Below are positions 6,532 to 15,837 of a stretch of DNA of 64,000 bases, in pieces. The position numbers and the translations under genes are program-made. The stretch lies in IMG/VR virus record IMGVR_UViG_3300042350_002797, positions 1-64,000 of that record; one strand, given 5' to 3'. Under the pieces are notes generated by a model. It made no database searches, had not been told where the DNA came from, and saw nothing but the letters and a program-made list of their open reading frames with translations. Positions within the stretch are counted from its first letter, which is position 1; each line of letters starts with the position of its first letter.

Positions 6532-6975
6532 TTACTTGGAGGAGCTATCTTTAGGGTACCATGGTGTCATTCTAGGACTGTTTTGTACACTGTAATTCAT
6601 GCATTCGGCTAAAAATTCAAAATTACGGCTCAGCGTATTGAATAAATGATAGTTGATCTGTTCTGCGTGGCTATAGCTGGCTTTGCCTATTTGATAAAAG
6701 TAATCTTGATTGATGCCACGTCGTTCTAGCATATTAGGAAACACTGCGGCTGCAAACAGTGCTTGATCTCCTAATACCTTAGCTGCATGAGCTGTTTGAA
6801 TAGATAATAGTGTTTCAGCCCAACTAGGCTGAGGTTGCCAGTCAGGTTTATCAGTATAGTTTGCTAATACCGCACTCATATATTGTTCTATATAAGTAGG
6901 TATAGGCCAACCATGACGATGTTTAGCTTGGTCTATGATATCAAACCAAGCTGAATAGTACTCAGGTTCAATCAT
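6532..6975 (-). CDS. Hypothetical helical protein
   Basis: 147-aa ORF directly after TATAAATA (6983-6990). Confidence 0.75.
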   Translation of the reverse strand: MIEPEYYSAWFDIIDQAKHRHGWPIPTYIEQYMSAVLANYTDKPDWQPQPSWAETLLSIQTAHAAKVLGDQALFAAAVFPNMLERRGINQDYFYQIGKASYSHAEQINYHLFNTLSRNFEFLAECMNYSVQNSPRMTPWYPKDSSSK

Positions 6976-6993
6976 ACACTATTATTTATAGTG

Positions 6994-8409
6994 TCATGGG
7001 TCAGTTGGCAGATTACTCAATAGTTGTCTTAATTTACTGCTTTCGACCTGTACTTTACTAACAGACACACTGATACCTTCAGTAGGATCAGAATTAACTG
7101 TACTATTTCTTTGTAAGTTGTTCAATATTTGACTGCTACGGCTAGTGGTATCTGCCTCTGTTTGCCCTTCTTCACCTGGGTCAGTAATTCTCAATGTATC
7201 AATATCAAAGTCTAAGTCAATTTTCATACCTACACCACTGCTGCTACGAGTTTTCATTAATTGAATTTGATACTTACCGCGTTCACGCATAGCACGACTG
7301 GTAAAGATACCAAACACATTATCCGCTGTCTGGATCTTACTAAGTCCGCCTGAAATATGACTGTGATCGTATTCTACTTCTTCTACTGCACCTCGATTCA
7401 ACTGTGCCGCTGTGACCAGCACACACTGTTTCTCCATAGCCAAGTTACGCAGCTCTTCGCTGACATACTTGTCTTTGACAAATAAGTTTTCTGCTGAAAT
7501 TTTTCTACTTTGAGGCATCAACAAGTCTAGATAATCGACTAGCAGTACATCTACCTTACGTCCTAGTTTGATTTCATATTCTTTAAGATAACTTCTTATA
7601 TCATTGGCTGTTTTGCCGCTGGGCATGTATTTGACTTGATACGTTCCAGATTTTTTTCCAATGACCTTAACTTTCATTTCAACATCATCAATATTTTTAA
7701 AAATATCTCTAGTAGGTATTTCAGTAATCATGCTATCAATACGCATACTGACCAATTCCTCACTAAGTTCTAATGTAAGATATACTACATTCATTCCTTG
7801 TAGTGCCCAGTTAACTCCAAGATTAGCTAAGAATAAACTTTTACCTGCACCTGATCCGCCAGCAAAGATATTCAATTCGCCTCGATTCATACCTCCGAAC
7901 AATCTTTTATCCACAGTTTGCCAACCTGTAGTCATTTGTCCATTTTTATCTTTTATTCGCATTAGTCTACTTCTCGGATCTTCAAAGTAGTCAGTGCCCA
8001 TGTCTTTAGTTAGTCCTACTTGCACTGCCTGCTTGACTAATTCTTCTACTGGGCCATATTCTCCTTTTTCTAACAAGTCAGCACTTTTTAAAATAGCCTG
8101 TTCTAATCCTTTATGTCTAATAAAAGTTTCAAAGTCTTGTAACAGCCAATCGTAGTGTTCTTCTTTCAAATCTCCTGGAGATTTTAAATCAGATTTTGTA
8201 GCCGCATTTACTATTTCATATGTAGGTAGTACGCTATGCTCTGATACATAATCGTTAATAAATTTAGCAGTGTTTTGTAATTTTCTATCAAACAACTCAT
8301 GATGAAAAATGCTTTGGCATCTTACAAAAGTTTCTGCATCATTCAACATCATTTCTAAGTAAAGATGTTGTATATCATATCCGTAGTCTGCGTTTTGTCT
8401 TGTAGTCAT
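6994..8409 (-). CDS. gp41: DnaB-family replicative helicase (T4 gp41-like)
   Basis: Walker A GGSGAGKS, LTLELSEE, LLVDYLDL, TAAQLNR, KTRSSSGVG. Confidence 0.93.
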   Translation of the reverse strand: MTTRQNADYGYDIQHLYLEMMLNDAETFVRCQSIFHHELFDRKLQNTAKFINDYVSEHSVLPTYEIVNAATKSDLKSPGDLKEEHYDWLLQDFETFIRHKGLEQAILKSADLLEKGEYGPVEELVKQAVQVGLTKDMGTDYFEDPRSRLMRIKDKNGQMTTGWQTVDKRLFGGMNRGELNIFAGGSGAGKSLFLANLGVNWALQGMNVVYLTLELSEELVSMRIDSMITEIPTRDIFKNIDDVEMKVKVIGKKSGTYQVKYMPSGKTANDIRSYLKEYEIKLGRKVDVLLVDYLDLLMPQSRKISAENLFVKDKYVSEELRNLAMEKQCVLVTAAQLNRGAVEEVEYDHSHISGGLSKIQTADNVFGIFTSRAMRERGKYQIQLMKTRSSSGVGMKIDLDFDIDTLRITDPGEEGQTEADTTSRSSQILNNLQRNSTVNSDPTEGISVSVSKVQVESSKLRQLLSNLPTDP

Positions 8410-9383
8410 ATTTTATTATATTTTATCTCTATGTGTTTAGTATCTTCGTTTGTTTGATAATTTACATGATTTTTAGTATGTGCCAATACTGCTCCAATTG
8501 CACTACTAGCATCGCCTGGCCAAGGTAAACTCCAAATGCCTCTCCATTGGTGTCTTAGTTGTCGATTAAATTTACTATTGTATGCACAGCCGCCCATATA
8601 AACAAGATTTCTAAAATTAGTTAAATTTCTAGCTTTAACCATTATGTAATCCATTTGTTCTTCAAATACTTTTTGAACTGCGGCGGCGATATCGCATTTA
8701 TCTTGATCAGTTAAGTTATAGTCAAAAGGCCAATTATATACACCTTTATGTAGATTATATTTTAGCACTGCTGGTTTTTTAAAATAGTCTAGCACAGTAT
8801 CATAGTATATAAATGGATTACCCTTATCGCTTAATTTTTGTAAAAAATGTTCTTGTGCAGCGGGTCTAAGTCCAATCAAATCTGTAAAGGCACTATAGAA
8901 TATACCTAAACTATTTGGATAGCTTTCGCTCCACAATTTTTCTAAATTCCTGCCATGCCCACTCCATATGCTTATAGTTTCAAATTCTCCTATAGCATCT
9001 ACAACGACCACGGCTGCTCTATTAAAATTACTAGTATAATACCCTGCGGCAGCATGACTATGATGGTGTGGTGTATAGATTATAGGGCAGTCAATATTAA
9101 ATTTTCTAAGATATACACTAGGTATATTGTCAATACTAAATGCTTCTTTATATTGTCCTGCTGTTAGTTGACGTAGTTTTTTTAAAAATGGACGTTCATA
9201 CCAATATACAGTTTCAGGTTCTCCGTATATTGTTATAGCATGATGTATAATTTCTTGATTTAGATAATGATCTCCTTGTATGTGTGTAAAGTCGCTACTT
9301 CTTCTATGCCATACAGGTTCGTTGTCTCTGAACACACATATGCTAGCATCGTGGTTTAGTGCATTAATACCCCATACAATCAT
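8406..9383 (-). CDS. Carbamoyltransferase (NodU/CmcH family), N-terminal Kae1-like domain only
   Basis: GINALNHDAS, HHHSHAAAGY, VVDAIGE, MGGCAYN, GDASSAIGA; no GPRALGNRS C-domain. Confidence 0.8.
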   Translation of the reverse strand: MIVWGINALNHDASICVFRDNEPVWHRRSSDFTHIQGDHYLNQEIIHHAITIYGEPETVYWYERPFLKKLRQLTAGQYKEAFSIDNIPSVYLRKFNIDCPIIYTPHHHSHAAAGYYTSNFNRAAVVVVDAIGEFETISIWSGHGRNLEKLWSESYPNSLGIFYSAFTDLIGLRPAAQEHFLQKLSDKGNPFIYYDTVLDYFKKPAVLKYNLHKGVYNWPFDYNLTDQDKCDIAAAVQKVFEEQMDYIMVKARNLTNFRNLVYMGGCAYNSKFNRQLRHQWRGIWSLPWPGDASSAIGAVLAHTKNHVNYQTNEDTKHIEIKYNKI

Positions 9384-9390
9384 AATTGGC

Positions 9391-9504
9391 CTACTTATAG
9401 ATAAAAGGATCTCTTGCTTTTAGTTCTTGTAAACGTTTTTTCCATTTACGATGTTCTAAGTATCTATTATACGGATACATTAAGATTTCTAAAATTTTTT
9501 TCAT
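9391..9504 (-). CDS. Small basic protein (37 aa)
   Basis: Hand translation MKKILEILMYPYNRYLEHRKWKKRLQELKARDPFIYK fills the gap between primase and carbamoyltransferase. Confidence 0.6.
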   Translation of the reverse strand: MKKILEILMYPYNRYLEHRKWKKRLQELKARDPFIYK

Positions 9505-9505
9505 A

Positions 9506-10474
9506 TTAAGCCTCAAACCATTTTTTTGATAGCAGTTTTATCTTCAATCCTGAAGTTTCTTTAGATCGAATTATACTGTATAATGTTGCTAGTCTTCCGT
9601 ACTTTAATAATGCTTCGTTAGCATCTTTAATATCCGGATCCCAGTTAGGAAAACTTACACTCCAATTATTTTCTATTGCTTGATCTACTAACTTTTTTCC
9701 AGCTGAATCTCTGTCTGGTAAAATAATTACTTCTCTTTTAAGTTGATTAATTAGAGTTTTTTGTTGATCACTTATTTCACTACCTAGTATTGCTACGCCG
9801 TCGATACTAATTGCATCAAACGGTCCTTCGCACACTATTACATATTTACGATTTTCTTTTTGATTATCAAAATTAAACACATATCCTGGTTGTTGTTCCG
9901 AAATGTATTTAGGTTTACCATCACGCAACAGCCTAGCCGTAAACCCTACTAAATTTTTATTAAAGTAAAAAGGAACAATTAATCTATTAGGATATGCAGG
10001 GCTCCAATACCATTCGTAATCATCGAGATAAAATCCTCGATTAGCAATATATTCTATCGCTAAATTCATATCATCGTGATACTCTGCTTCTCCTATTTTT
10101 ACACTATCAGGAGGTAATATTTTATCAATAAATTTTGGTAGAATGTCGAATTTTGATTTGTAATCCGAATTTTCTTTTAATCTAAGTGCTTCTAAACTGC
10201 ATTTTGAAATTAAATCGTCTGGTACATTTAACCAGCGCATCAATTTTCGAAATTTTGTAGTTACTATTCTTCCAGGTTGCCAACTAGTTTTAAATCCGCA
10301 GTTAAAACAATGATAGCTAACTCCTTCATTAATCATCATACCTCCACGCTGTCTAGTATCAGAGGAAGTACCGTTATGATGACAGCAGACAGCATTAAAA
10401 CTTATCCATCCGCTGGGAGTCTTTTTTCTTCTAGAAGGCAAGTGTAAGCTGATTGTATCTATGACTAGACTCAT
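9506..10474 (-). CDS. gp61: DNA primase (T4 gp61-like)
   Basis: Zn-binding CCHH...CFNC; TOPRIM CEGPFD and PDRD. Confidence 0.92.
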   Translation of the reverse strand: MSLVIDTISLHLPSRRKKTPSGWISFNAVCCHHNGTSSDTRQRGGMMINEGVSYHCFNCGFKTSWQPGRIVTTKFRKLMRWLNVPDDLISKCSLEALRLKENSDYKSKFDILPKFIDKILPPDSVKIGEAEYHDDMNLAIEYIANRGFYLDDYEWYWSPAYPNRLIVPFYFNKNLVGFTARLLRDGKPKYISEQQPGYVFNFDNQKENRKYVIVCEGPFDAISIDGVAILGSEISDQQKTLINQLKREVIILPDRDSAGKKLVDQAIENNWSVSFPNWDPDIKDANEALLKYGRLATLYSIIRSKETSGLKIKLLSKKWFEA

Positions 10475-10483
10475 AGATATATT

Positions 10484-11296
10484 TTACGATATTACTAATA
10501 TTTTGTCAATAGATCCGGTGTTCGCTGTATCCGGAAGATATTTAATTCTTAACCAACTTATATTATTACTGTAATCGGTTATTTCATTATACACTTTACT
10601 AACAACATCAGTAGAATTATTGATATTAAAAGTTTCTAAATCTGACCAATTAGTTGCTGCACTAACTACTGCATCGGTAGTTATTTGTACAGTTACTTCA
10701 GCATCGAAGTTAGTTAATCGAAATTCTAATTTAATTTGATGCGTGTCATTGACATCATTTCTTGGATTAACTTCTACAGACGAACTGTAATAAGTGGTTA
10801 TATCTGGGTTTACTGAATCGTCGATTAGGTATATGAATTTGTCTATAATTTGAGCAGGAACAGATTCTGGTACAACACCATTCAGTAAATCAATTATACC
10901 AGTAGCGCCAAACTGACTATCTCCGTATAGCAGTGTTTTTGTACCGTCATCGTTTAAAATGTAAAGGCTAAATTTTAAGAACTGAGGCTTTATATAATCA
11001 ATTTGTTCTGCATAAATTGTCATAGTAGCTAGTCCTGTAGTGTTAATTACAGGCTCTACGTCGACTGTTAAAACTTCGGTATTGTAATGATCTAAAATAA
11101 CACATTTCAGATTATAATTTGTAATTGATATACGTTTTTGATCAGCATTTCGCACGTCAAATTCCACGACGTTTTTCACGCCTTTGTACAATTTTATTCT
11201 TCGTTGGTACACAGGTCTATACTCCACAGGATATGACGCCAAATCGGCAACTACCGAAATTCTATTTGAATATAAATAACTTGAAATTTTTTGCAT
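10484..11296 (-). CDS. Hypothetical beta-rich protein, probably structural (start re-called to ATG 11296)
   Basis: TAAATA at 11305-11310 lies 8 nt before MQKISS; longer call overlaps the opposite gene. Confidence 0.65.
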   Translation of the reverse strand: MQKISSYLYSNRISVVADLASYPVEYRPVYQRRIKLYKGVKNVVEFDVRNADQKRISITNYNLKCVILDHYNTEVLTVDVEPVINTTGLATMTIYAEQIDYIKPQFLKFSLYILNDDGTKTLLYGDSQFGATGIIDLLNGVVPESVPAQIIDKFIYLIDDSVNPDITTYYSSSVEVNPRNDVNDTHQIKLEFRLTNFDAEVTVQITTDAVVSAATNWSDLETFNINNSTDVVSKVYNEITDYSNNISWLRIKYLPDTANTGSIDKILVIS

Positions 11297-11309
11297 CTTA
11301 ACTGTATTT

Positions 11310-11687
11310 ATGGCGAAATTAAGAGAAAACATACAAGAACAATTACCCTTTATTTCTGTGCTTCATTATGGAGAAAGCGAATACGTTGGGATTATAATAA
11401 ATCAAGATCAATACGTAACTAGTTTTTTTGATTTGAGCATGTTAAAAACTGCTGAAGATAAAGCTGGATTATTAGAGATCGGAGAAATTTGGTGGTGGGA
11501 ATCTAACAGACAGGTTCCTATAAACATATTTCTTAGAAAGGAAATAGAACCTTATCGATACGCTATTAAAACCTTTAATAGCAAAGATGTCAGAATAATG
11601 CTCGGGCCAGTAGTGAATTTATTAAATTTAACTATAAAACGAGTTAAAAGAAAAAGTGTTCAGTTAGTAAGAGCCCCAAAACGTTAA
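11310..11687 (+). CDS. Hypothetical protein
   Basis: 125-aa ORF; TATAAATA at 11271-11278 upstream. Confidence 0.7.
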   Translation: MAKLRENIQEQLPFISVLHYGESEYVGIIINQDQYVTSFFDLSMLKTAEDKAGLLEIGEIWWWESNRQVPINIFLRKEIEPYRYAIKTFNSKDVRIMLGPVVNLLNLTIKRVKRKSVQLVRAPKR

Positions 11688-12262
11688 CTAAATTCATAAC
11701 TTACTTTTTCACATATTAAGTTCATTTGTACTACAATTGCCTGAGCATAAGCTATGGCATGCGCCTTTTTAAAATAATATTCATCATTTTCTGGTTTTTT
11801 CCAAACCTCTTCTAAGATCGTCGACCATGGCTCTCCAACTAGGTATCTCTTCGCTGGTCGTATCACTGCTAATACTGCTGCTAATTGTTCTATCGTTATT
11901 GGTTTCATTTGACGTAATATAGAACCATGCCCGTTTACGTGAAAGAGTAAGTCGATGAACTCGTCTTGTTCTAGAAGATCCCATAATGGTTCCGTCTCCA
12001 TCAATTTTTTTAAATGTTCTTCGTTTTTTACATCTTTGTAAACACTAACATTTAGCAAGTCTATTTTAAAATATCCTCGTTCTTCCGCAGTTTTATAATC
12101 AATGTTTGATAGATTTGTTATAGGATTAGAGGGTATAGGTTGCACATAGATACCGGTATTATGTGGTACTAACAAATCATTTTGTAATCGACTAGCTCTA
12201 ATATGTTTAATATGTTTAAGAGCTAATTCACGATCTGCAAAGTCTATATCGATATCAGGCAT
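11684..12262 (-). CDS. Miniature DNA polymerase III alpha (DnaE/family C)-like catalytic-core protein
   Basis: PDIDIDF, PHNTGIYV, GYFKIDLLNV, YYFKKAHAIAYA correspond to DnaE palm/fingers motifs. Confidence 0.75.
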   Translation of the reverse strand: MPDIDIDFADRELALKHIKHIRASRLQNDLLVPHNTGIYVQPIPSNPITNLSNIDYKTAEERGYFKIDLLNVSVYKDVKNEEHLKKLMETEPLWDLLEQDEFIDLLFHVNGHGSILRQMKPITIEQLAAVLAVIRPAKRYLVGEPWSTILEEVWKKPENDEYYFKKAHAIAYAQAIVVQMNLICEKVSYEFS

Positions 12263-12447
12263 TATTGTATAACTTCAGTTTCAAATAAAAGTAAAGGTAA
12301 ATTTTTTGATAAAAATTCTGCATAGTCAGTTGCCTCGTCTATGTTTTCAAAACCTTCTAATTTCACATAGATTGAATCGTCTTTTTCGTTCACTAAAACT
12401 TGCATGGATAATTCTGTGTTAGTGCTTCCTGAAACAACGTAGGTCAT
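12262..12447 (-). CDS. Small acidic hypothetical protein
   Basis: Overlapping start/stop with both neighbours. Confidence 0.55.
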   Translation of the reverse strand: MTYVVSGSTNTELSMQVLVNEKDDSIYVKLEGFENIDEATDYAEFLSKNLPLLLFETEVIQ

Positions 12448-13136
12448 AGTCCAGCCTCCTTAATCACCTGTTTTACCAGCTCTATATCTTGCTTAGAACT
12501 TTTAAATTTTTTAGACCAAAATATAGGGTCTATAATATTACTTATGGCAGATAGCTGAGTATCGTCTAGCTGATCTAAAAGTTTTTTACCTGAATTTGAA
12601 TTTAAAATTAGCCAAGGACTTACTTTTCCATCTTTAATATCAAACATGGCTCTATTTGTGCTAACATAATTAAAATAATGATTCCACATACTGTTATTCT
12701 TTTCAGCCCATAAGCTCATATGTTTGATTGATCTTTCTAATGCAGTTTCTACAGATTCTGTTTGTATTAGATTTACAATGTATTTTTCATAGAGTTCGTC
12801 TCTGCACCAATGATCGATTTTAACTCCGCTCTTAACTATCCATTCTATAAATTTATTTGGATATAACGGATTTATGTTTGAAACAAAACTGCCAAATTTA
12901 ACAAATGCATTATAATACGGACTTTTTGAGAATTCTGAATAAGTTTTTGATTCTGTAGATTTTTGAGCGATTTCATAGAATTTGTTAAAGGTATAAAATC
13001 CCATAACTACATGTTTTTCATTCTGTGCAAGATGTCTTCTTTTTTGCTCGCACATATGTACTATCAAAGTCTTTTCTTTAGTAAACTTTGTTCGACAATG
13101 TACACAAACAAATTCTTGCAAGATTTCTGCTATCAT
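12444..13136 (-). CDS. Hypothetical protein with N-terminal C2H/C zinc finger
   Basis: CVHC...HMC; ATGA coupling. Confidence 0.75.
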   Translation of the reverse strand: MIAEILQEFVCVHCRTKFTKEKTLIVHMCEQKRRHLAQNEKHVVMGFYTFNKFYEIAQKSTESKTYSEFSKSPYYNAFVKFGSFVSNINPLYPNKFIEWIVKSGVKIDHWCRDELYEKYIVNLIQTESVETALERSIKHMSLWAEKNNSMWNHYFNYVSTNRAMFDIKDGKVSPWLILNSNSGKKLLDQLDDTQLSAISNIIDPIFWSKKFKSSKQDIELVKQVIKEAGL

Positions 13137-13612
13137 TTAAAATAGTCTTTAATTTGTTTATCACTATACCCAAACAATTTTGCTTGTTCTATACATTCTT
13201 TTTCGGTAGTTAGTGTAGCAAGTAATTCTAATTCGTCAATTTTTTTAGTTGGGTGAACATCTAATAAGAATTTATATATTTTACTATTAGAATTTTTCTT
13301 TCGTTTAAATCCTATCCATTCATGATAAAAAATCTTTTTTGATTCATGACTACACATGCATAGTAATTGCCAAAGCAATTTTGGATGCTTTTGCAAAACA
13401 TTCCAATGTTTATTAAAATATTCATTGACAGTTAATAGATAGTGTTCTTGTATATTTCTGTCATTAATTTTAACATTACTGATATATCTGTTTAAGATGA
13501 AAAATTCGCTTTTTAATGCTTTTTTTTGATCGTCATTTATGTCATCCCATAAAGACTTTACATTTAAATCTACTGCTGCCAATTTTTCTTTTAATTCAAT
13601 TTTATCACTCAT
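13133..13612 (-). CDS. Possible clamp-loader small subunit (T4 gp62-like)
   Basis: FILNRYIS...HPKLLWQLL...HEWIGFK pattern and size resemble gp62-like proteins; weak. Confidence 0.45.
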   Translation of the reverse strand: MSDKIELKEKLAAVDLNVKSLWDDINDDQKKALKSEFFILNRYISNVKINDRNIQEHYLLTVNEYFNKHWNVLQKHPKLLWQLLCMCSHESKKIFYHEWIGFKRKKNSNSKIYKFLLDVHPTKKIDELELLATLTTEKECIEQAKLFGYSDKQIKDYFK

Positions 13613-14120
13613 AAATCAGTCCTTGACTTAAACACCAATTATACACATCTTGATAGGATAAGTCATCTTTTTCCTGTTCAAAAACTGTGCTAAAAAGATA
13701 TCTTGGTTTTTCAAAATTAATTACACAATGTCGATGCTGAGTATTAAACAGATAAAAATGGCCTACTTCATAATTCAGTTCTGTTATATTATCATTGAAT
13801 CTATCAACCACATCTCCAAATAAGCAATGGCTATTCGAATGTTCGATAAGCATATTAATGGTTACGCCCCTATAAAAGTCTTTGTGCCAATTGTACGATG
13901 TATTTGGAGCCATACGTATTATCATGCAAGTTTTAATAGGATACGCTTCATTAATAGTTTTTAATAAAGATTCTTTTGACCAAATGCCTTTTCTCATTTC
14001 GAGCATATCAAACCCGTCGATGGTTATCCACTGGTCATACAAGTTTATATGTCGAGAAAACTTAATAATCGTTTTAGATTTTAATATAAACTTTTTAAAT
14101 AAATGATTATTTTGGATCAT
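13605..14120 (-). CDS. Putative Fe(II)/2OG oxygenase-like or cupin protein
   Basis: YNWHKD (HxD), FNTQHRHCVIN, RYLFS. Confidence 0.5.
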   Translation of the reverse strand: MIQNNHLFKKFILKSKTIIKFSRHINLYDQWITIDGFDMLEMRKGIWSKESLLKTINEAYPIKTCMIIRMAPNTSYNWHKDFYRGVTINMLIEHSNSHCLFGDVVDRFNDNITELNYEVGHFYLFNTQHRHCVINFEKPRYLFSTVFEQEKDDLSYQDVYNWCLSQGLIYE

Positions 14121-14328
14121 CGATGCTGAGTCTGTATATCATTTTTACTCGGGAAACAGCTTTTTGTAAAGCAGGATTTGTTTTTGCTGCCAATCTAATT
14201 TCATTCCAAAGAATGTGATCTTGTAAATCTTCTATACCTGAAGATTGAATGATTGTTCTTTTTTCTTTGCCAAACTCTCTTTCGTAAACAGTTTTCCCTT
14301 TATCTGGGCTTTCGTAAATTTTTGTCAT
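14107..14328 (-). CDS. Small hypothetical protein
   Basis: 73-aa ORF overlapping both neighbours in-operon. Confidence 0.65.
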   Translation of the reverse strand: MTKIYESPDKGKTVYEREFGKEKRTIIQSSGIEDLQDHILWNEIRLAAKTNPALQKAVSRVKMIYRLSIDDPK

Positions 14329-14885
14329 TTATATGCTACCACTCTACTACACATTGCAGTTTTAGGATATTTATTTGGTTCAACTACTGTTTTACTAAAT
14401 CCTGTATCCTTCAATAGTTTACTTAAACTATCTGCGCTGTATCCCCATTTATGCAGCATTGCAACGTTTTGATATTTTCCTATATTACCAAATATTCCTG
14501 CAACACCTTGCTTTAATATTTTTTTATTATCACTGTAAATTCTACTAGGATCGGATACTATAAACTTACACATTTTTAATAGATCTGGCCATTCTGTGGC
14601 TACTGATCCTCCTGGTTTTAAAATTCTATACCATTCTTTTAACATGCCAGGAACTTGATTTGGCATGATATGTTCTATCACATGAACACTGAGGATTTCG
14701 TCTACGGTGTCGTTAGGTATAGGATATTGATCTGTTAGATTATGTATAGTTATACCAGATTGCCCTATGCAGTAGTCTCCATCTACATTTATCCATCCTT
14801 CGTAAAGATTCGGTCCGCATCCTAGATGCAATCTTATAGGCAATTGTTTTTGTTGATAATTTATTATTTCTTCAGTTAAAGTCAT
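14325..14885 (-). CDS. Class I SAM-dependent methyltransferase
   Basis: LHLGCG motif I, HVIEHI, RILKPGG. Confidence 0.85.
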   Translation of the reverse strand: MTLTEEIINYQQKQLPIRLHLGCGPNLYEGWINVDGDYCIGQSGITIHNLTDQYPIPNDTVDEILSVHVIEHIMPNQVPGMLKEWYRILKPGGSVATEWPDLLKMCKFIVSDPSRIYSDNKKILKQGVAGIFGNIGKYQNVAMLHKWGYSADSLSKLLKDTGFSKTVVEPNKYPKTAMCSRVVAYK

Positions 14886-15837
14886 GTTTAATACTTTTAA
14901 AAAAATTACACCATTTATCTGTAATTTTTTCTACAGAATAATTTTCAACAACATATTTTTGACCATTTGAAATCATTTCTAGAATATGTTTCCTATTATG
15001 TTTATCTAAAGCCCATGCTATTCCTTTGGCATAGTTTTTTGTCCAAATAAAATCTTTGAATTCATCGTAGCTTTGAAGTCTGCTAGTAATTACAAATTTT
15101 CCACTGATTAAAGAATCTATTAAACGTGTAGAACTTTTAGTTATTGTACGGTAATTTTCCTCTACAGGAATTAATACAATATCAGTATCTTTCAAATAAT
15201 GACCTTGCGTTTCCCAGTTCCATTCTACAAAATTAATTTTATCCATGTTAACAAACTGATGATCAGGGTTTTTTAATCTCTGTCTTGTTTTTTCCTCAAA
15301 TCTTTTAGCCTTTCCTGTTACAATAGATAATTTGTATCGTCCAATATTTCTTTCAAGAAAAGACCAAATTTCCGTCCAGTTAACATACCCTAAACTACTA
15401 TTGCTACCAAACCATAAAATTTTTATTGTTTTTCCTGGTGAAAATTCTGGAGTTAATACAGGGCGTTCTACAGGATCAGGGATAACAGTAGCTATTTTTC
15501 CAGTTCTGTTTAGTATTTCATCAGCCATTGTACGACTGTTACAGGTAATATAATCCGCTTCTATTGCACACGGTAGTAGTGCATCATCTTCGTCAAATTT
15601 GTTATCACATATGTCAAATACAGTAATAGCTTTTTTTCTTTTAGATTCTAATATGTTTTCTAATTGAGAAAATTTAATCCATACTGCGATATCATTTTCT
15701 TTAAGATGTGTTGTATTAGTTCCTATAGTAGAACTAATATTTCTTTTTTTTAATTCTTCAGAAATTAATCTTCCTCGCAGACGATGGCTTGCTCTTCTTT
15801 CTGAAAATTTACTAGTTAAAAAATGTACATTACTCAT
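14872..15837 (-). CDS. Glycosyltransferase (GT-B-like)
   Basis: FDICD, LWFGS, DIVLIP, KSSTRLIDSLISGKFVI pattern. Confidence 0.7.
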   Translation of the reverse strand: MSNVHFLTSKFSERRASHRLRGRLISEELKKRNISSTIGTNTTHLKENDIAVWIKFSQLENILESKRKKAITVFDICDNKFDEDDALLPCAIEADYITCNSRTMADEILNRTGKIATVIPDPVERPVLTPEFSPGKTIKILWFGSNSSLGYVNWTEIWSFLERNIGRYKLSIVTGKAKRFEEKTRQRLKNPDHQFVNMDKINFVEWNWETQGHYLKDTDIVLIPVEENYRTITKSSTRLIDSLISGKFVITSRLQSYDEFKDFIWTKNYAKGIAWALDKHNRKHILEMISNGQKYVVENYSVEKITDKWCNFFKSIKHDFN

